This document shows, in pieces, positions 60,172 to 64,000 of a stretch of DNA of 64,000 bases. The stretch's first letter is position 1. Each line of letters begins with the position of its first letter. Made by a program: the position numbers and the translations under genes. The notes under the pieces were generated by a model that was given only the letters and a program-made list of their open reading frames with translations, did no database searches and was not told the origin of the DNA. The DNA is from Actinomycetes bacterium (lineage in GTDB: Bacteria; Actinomycetota; Acidimicrobiia; Acidimicrobiales; Bog-793), in the NCBI GenBank assembly GCA_021829645.1, contig JAKBPI010000007.1:2073-66072 (forward strand). Reading direction: 5' to 3'.

Positions 60172-60248
60172 TGGTGGGCACTAGAGGACTCGAACCTCCG
60201 ACCTCAGCCGTGTGAAGGCTGCGCTCTAACCAACTGAGCTAAATGCCC
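60172..60248 (-). tRNA. tRNA-Val (anticodon CAC), CCA encoded
   Basis: I folded the reverse complement by hand: GGGCATT TA GCTC AGTTGGTTA GAGC G CAGCC TTCACAC GGCTG AGGTC GGAGG TTCGAGT CCTCT AGTGCCC A CCA. All four stems pair, and the anticodon loop TT-CAC-AC is in register. Confidence 0.95.
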
Positions 60249-60491
60249 GATTACATAAGTTTATCTCAAAAATAATAACAGCAATTTTCCGACACAGGTC
60301 AATACATTGTCACCAATACCTTCTTGGCATACAAAACATTGTCCTCTCTGAATTGGCTCCCACTGGTAAAAAGATGAACTCAATAACTTATCAAATGATC
60401 AAAGACTCAACACCGTATAAAATATTCTATAGAACCGCGAAAGTTCATATCTCAATCGTTTCTGCTCTGTTAAATTTAGAAATCCGCACAA

Positions 60492-61190
60492 TTGCGATCA
60501 CTTTTAACAACTAACCTAGTAAGAGTGGCAAAAGAAAATAGCACCCTAAGTCCAGATTCCAACAACACGGACCACCAAGAAAATGTCTCTCTTGGTACAA
60601 GACTAAAACAAACAGCTTCTGATCTTTGGCATCAAAAACCGGGTGTAAGAGAAAAGGCACTCAAAAAAGATGCTGATTTAGCCACCCTATCCACAAAACA
60701 GCTTGTGGATGGCCTGTCAAAACAGGAAATGACTTTTGCTTTAGCGGCCACCATCTTAGAACTCGCCCTTACCATCATCGGTTGGCACATAGATCAAACT
60801 TCCAAACAGGAAATATATCGAAGAGTAGCGGAATCCCTTCTCATAGCCGGACTGGTGGCTACCGGTATTTTAGGATTAGGTGCTTTCTTCAAAAGAAGAG
60901 CCTTGCTAGGATTTGGTGCTTTTCTGACCGGCATGGAACTCATCAGTTCCGGCAACATTGTCGGCATTATCGGCATAGTCTATCTTTTCTTTGGAGGTTG
61001 GCTAATAGTTCGGGCGATGAAAAAACAGCACCTGGACAGAGCACTGGGAAAACCGGATACACCCATAGATCAAGGGTTTTCAAGAAGATCCTCAAAGCGT
61101 GCCGATACCCAAGACCTCGGCTACCAAACACCTTCGCCTTCCAAGCGCTACACTCCGCCTAGGAGAAAAGTTAAAAAACCAGTCAAGTAG
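60492..61190 (+). CDS. Hypothetical membrane protein (three TM segments, basic C-terminal tail)
   Basis: This is an ORF-track entry with a TTG start. The hydrophobic segments are FALAATILELALTIIGW, LLIAGLVATGILGLGAFF and IVGIIGIVYLFFGGWLIV. Confidence 0.55.
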   Translation: MRSLLTTNLVRVAKENSTLSPDSNNTDHQENVSLGTRLKQTASDLWHQKPGVREKALKKDADLATLSTKQLVDGLSKQEMTFALAATILELALTIIGWHIDQTSKQEIYRRVAESLLIAGLVATGILGLGAFFKRRALLGFGAFLTGMELISSGNIVGIIGIVYLFFGGWLIVRAMKKQHLDRALGKPDTPIDQGFSRRSSKRADTQDLGYQTPSPSKRYTPPRRKVKKPVK

Positions 61191-61382
61191 CACCACTCTG
61201 CAAAGATAAAAATCTAAACAAAAAAATCTCTTCAAAACTCAAGTTGTCTCTCAATTCGACAATGATCAATCCATACCAATTGCTTTTGCCATGCCTAAAG
61301 CTTCACAAATCTATGTATTTGTGCCAAATATTGCCGTAACGGCTGTCTTGGATGTAAACTAAAACAGAAAAAACCCTATCAA

Positions 61383-63755
61383 ATGATAAAAGAACAGCTC
61401 AAAAACAAAAAAATAGCCATTACCGGCTCAACGGGATTCCTGGGAACGGCACTCACAGAGAGACTACTGCGTTCTGTGCCGGAATGTCAGCTCATCCTTT
61501 TAGTCCGCCCAACCAGAAGACTTTCTGCACAGCAGAGAGTCGAAAAGGAAATTCTCAAAAACGACTGTTTTGATAAGTTAAGAAAAGAACTCGGTTCCAA
61601 ATTTGACGAGATAACAAAATCCAGAATAACGGCTATAGCCGGAGACGTCTCTGTAGATGGCTTAGGGTTGGATCAAAAGGATGCCAAAATCTTGGCCTCC
61701 TGTGATATTTTTATCCACTCAGCTGCCTCGGTAAGCTTTGACTCCCCCTTAGACTCTGCCGTAAACGTCAACTTACTGGGTCCGGTGAGAGTAGCCGAAA
61801 CACTCAAATCCCTGAGTCAAGAACACAAAAAACCGTTGCCTCACCTGATCGCAGTGTCGACTGCGTACGTAGGAGCCGGACATCACGGACTTTCCCCGGA
61901 GGTTTTGGTAACGGAAAGCAAACATATGTGTCTGCCCGACTGGCGTGAAGAGGTAGCGGCAGCCAAAAGAATGCGTTCTGACACGGATACTCTCAGCAGG
62001 TCAGTAGAGAACTTGGCAAAATTTGCCAAAATGGCCAGAGAAGATCTGGGGGCTCCCGGCACGTCCTTACTTGCCGAAAGAGCGGAAAAACACCGTCAAG
62101 ACTTCATAGAAGACACCTTAGTGGAACTGGGACGCAAAAGAGCACAGGCACTCGGCTGGCCGGATGCCTATGCCTACACTAAATCCCTAGGCGAAGCAGC
62201 CCTTTGTGAAAGCAAAGGGGACCTCAGGGTTTCTTTCATAAGACCTTCCATTGTGGAATCTTCCTTAGAATCCCCCCATGCCGGCTGGATCAGAGGCTTT
62301 CGCATGGCAGAACCGGTCATCATCAGTTATGCCCGCAACATGTTAAAACAATTTCCCGGTGTACCGGAAGGTGTCATAGACGTCATTCCGGTGGATCTGG
62401 TGACTTCGGCGATCATCACTGTAGCCGCAGTCGGTCCCGAGAAAAACGACAAACCTGCCGTCTACCAAGTCTCTTCATCGGTAAGGAATCCTTTCCGTTA
62501 CGGCACATTGGTCAACTTATGCGAAGACTACTTCACAAAAAATCCCCTCTACGACAACAAGGGGCAACCCATTGCCGTACCCACATGGACGTTTCCGGGT
62601 CGTGGCAAAGTCCAAGCCCAATTGTCCCAGACGGTCAATATCTTGGAATTTGCAGAGAAAATACTCACGAAAGTTCCCCTGCGCGGTGAAATGGCCGAAT
62701 TCTCAGCAGACATCGAAGAAAAAAGATCTCTGGCAGAAAGAGCTCTCTCCTACGTAGAGCTTTACGGTTCATATTCGGAAACCGAAGCCAGATTCCCCAT
62801 GGACAACTCCGTCAAACTCTACGAAAGTCTTCCCGATGAGGACAAAAAAGAGTTCTGCTTTGACCCCTTGACAATAGACTGGCCCTATTACGTTACCCAC
62901 GTTCATCTGCCTTCCGTCGTCAAGCACGCCAGAGCCAAAACGACTCCGGGGAAATCCGTCTCTTTGTCCAGGGAAGAACGGGCCAGAAAAATTATCCTGA
63001 ACCCTGAACCAAAGCTCGCGGTATTTGACTTAGAACAGACCATTATCAACTCCAATGTCGTGGAATCCTATGCCTGGCTGGCCACAAGACACTTGGGCAC
63101 TGGACCAAAAACAAGGCTTGCCATGGGTCTTTTTGCCGAAGGTATGGAGTTGCTCAAAATTGACAGAAGAGACCGAAGTGACTTCCTGCGTTACTTCTAT
63201 AGACGCTATGAAGGTGCTCCGGCGGCACAGGTCAAAAAGGACGCTTGGGAACTGTTCAGCGATCTTTTTATCACGAGGTCATATCCGAAAGCCATCGCAC
63301 GCATCAGAGAACACAAAAAGCTCGGTCACAAAACAGTGCTGATCACGGGAGCTCTGGACTTCATTGTGGAGCCGCTACGACCATTATTTGACGAAATCGT
63401 GGCCGTGTCACTGGGTGAGGAAAACGGCAAATTCAACGGCGAGATACTCACCACTCCTCCAATCGGAGAAGCCAGGGCGATCATTATGGAAGAAATGGCG
63501 GCAAAACTTTCCCTGGATAAAGACCATATAGTAGCTTATGCCGACTCCACCAGTGACTTACCCATGTTGGAAGCGGCCGGAATACCGGTTGCAGTCAATC
63601 CGGAACCCAAATTGGCTGCCATGGCCAGGAAGCGGGGTTGGCCCATAGAGAGATGGCCGAGAGTTCCCGGAGGACCCAAATATCTACTTGCCGTCTCCAG
63701 AAGACAACTCGGCGCCAGCACTATTTTACCGACTCTTGACATCAAGGCCGAATAA
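61383..63755 (+). CDS. Fusion protein: fatty acyl-CoA/acyl-ACP reductase (NAD_binding_4, SDR-type) plus HAD-IB phosphatase-like domain
   Basis: The N-terminus ITGSTGFLGTAL and YAYTKSLGE (YxxxK) give the reductase pattern. The C-terminus LAVFDLEQTII, VLITGALDF and AYADSTSDLPML give HAD-IB motifs. Confidence 0.8.
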   Translation: MIKEQLKNKKIAITGSTGFLGTALTERLLRSVPECQLILLVRPTRRLSAQQRVEKEILKNDCFDKLRKELGSKFDEITKSRITAIAGDVSVDGLGLDQKDAKILASCDIFIHSAASVSFDSPLDSAVNVNLLGPVRVAETLKSLSQEHKKPLPHLIAVSTAYVGAGHHGLSPEVLVTESKHMCLPDWREEVAAAKRMRSDTDTLSRSVENLAKFAKMAREDLGAPGTSLLAERAEKHRQDFIEDTLVELGRKRAQALGWPDAYAYTKSLGEAALCESKGDLRVSFIRPSIVESSLESPHAGWIRGFRMAEPVIISYARNMLKQFPGVPEGVIDVIPVDLVTSAIITVAAVGPEKNDKPAVYQVSSSVRNPFRYGTLVNLCEDYFTKNPLYDNKGQPIAVPTWTFPGRGKVQAQLSQTVNILEFAEKILTKVPLRGEMAEFSADIEEKRSLAERALSYVELYGSYSETEARFPMDNSVKLYESLPDEDKKEFCFDPLTIDWPYYVTHVHLPSVVKHARAKTTPGKSVSLSREERARKIILNPEPKLAVFDLEQTIINSNVVESYAWLATRHLGTGPKTRLAMGLFAEGMELLKIDRRDRSDFLRYFYRRYEGAPAAQVKKDAWELFSDLFITRSYPKAIARIREHKKLGHKTVLITGALDFIVEPLRPLFDEIVAVSLGEENGKFNGEILTTPPIGEARAIIMEEMAAKLSLDKDHIVAYADSTSDLPMLEAAGIPVAVNPEPKLAAMARKRGWPIERWPRVPGGPKYLLAVSRRQLGASTILPTLDIKAE

Positions 63756-63792
63756 GCAGAGGTCTCTTATATGATCACGAATAATATTTTTT

Positions 63793-64000
63793 TTACTTCA
63801 GATCTCCACAGCCTCGGCCGAAAAGCACGGCTGCGTGGCGATACTTCCAGGTGTTTGCCCAGTAGAAACAGCGAGAAAATATGAAATCTCTGCAGGTAGA
63901 ACTCAACTTAGCGCGCTTTGCCTCGACAAAACTCATCAATTCCTTTTCCGGCAAAAGCGGTTTCATGCCCGCTTCCCCTCTTTTACTAAAAGACACAGAA
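63793..64000 (-). CDS. Unidentified ORF at the window edge (probably the C-terminal end of a gene that starts outside the window)
   Basis: The ORF-track entry is 63793..63996. The reading frame stays open to the window edge. I do not recognise the family. Confidence 0.3.
   Translation of the reverse strand, partial: SVSFSKRGEAGMKPLLPEKELMSFVEAKRAKLSSTCRDFIFSRCFYWANTWKYRHAAVLFGRGCGDLK

Noticed and set aside
1-64000. CRISPR arrays, rRNA genes, riboswitch-like leaders and additional tRNAs.
   Set aside because: I scanned the intergenic regions by eye. I found no regularly spaced direct repeats, no rRNA-like sequence and no second cloverleaf. Visual scanning cannot exclude short structured RNAs.

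Overview
This window looks like a chromosomal segment from a low-GC member of the Actinomycetota. The evidence is a mycothiol ligase (mshC), a thrS-HIT-pgsA1-acyltransferase-pimA phosphatidylinositol-mannoside cluster, and yebC-ruvCAB-yajC-secDF, in the order known from Mycobacterium. I cannot determine the genus.

Positions 1-46.4 kb are mostly minus-strand housekeeping genes. They comprise a MacAB-like ABC efflux operon, gltBD, serS, secDF/yajC, ruvCAB, PIM synthesis genes, thrS and mshC. This stretch also carries transporters, a large LacI-sensor/PAS/GGDEF/EAL protein, two GT-C membrane glycosyltransferases, a nuclease-motif toxin-like protein and a GH3 beta-glucosidase.

Positions 46.4-60.2 kb are an accessory region in visible decay that ends at tRNA-Val(CAC). 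It holds AT-rich small-gene modules with frameshifts, an ArsR pair with a perfect palindromic operator, a protease fragment and a degenerate IS3-family element. It also holds a broken ECF-type sigma factor gene, a possible integrase remnant and a tightly coupled three-gene cassette of unknown function (TIGR04255-like, HTH protein, and a third gene interrupted by TAA-TAA).

The most interesting items are that cassette and the nuclease-motif protein with an LQRxxGN-type leader. Also notable are an FN3 insertion in the efflux adaptor, a small protein ending in the SSB tail motif DDDLPF, and a serS gene with no canonical start codon.

All calls come from reading the translations by eye. No database search was run.
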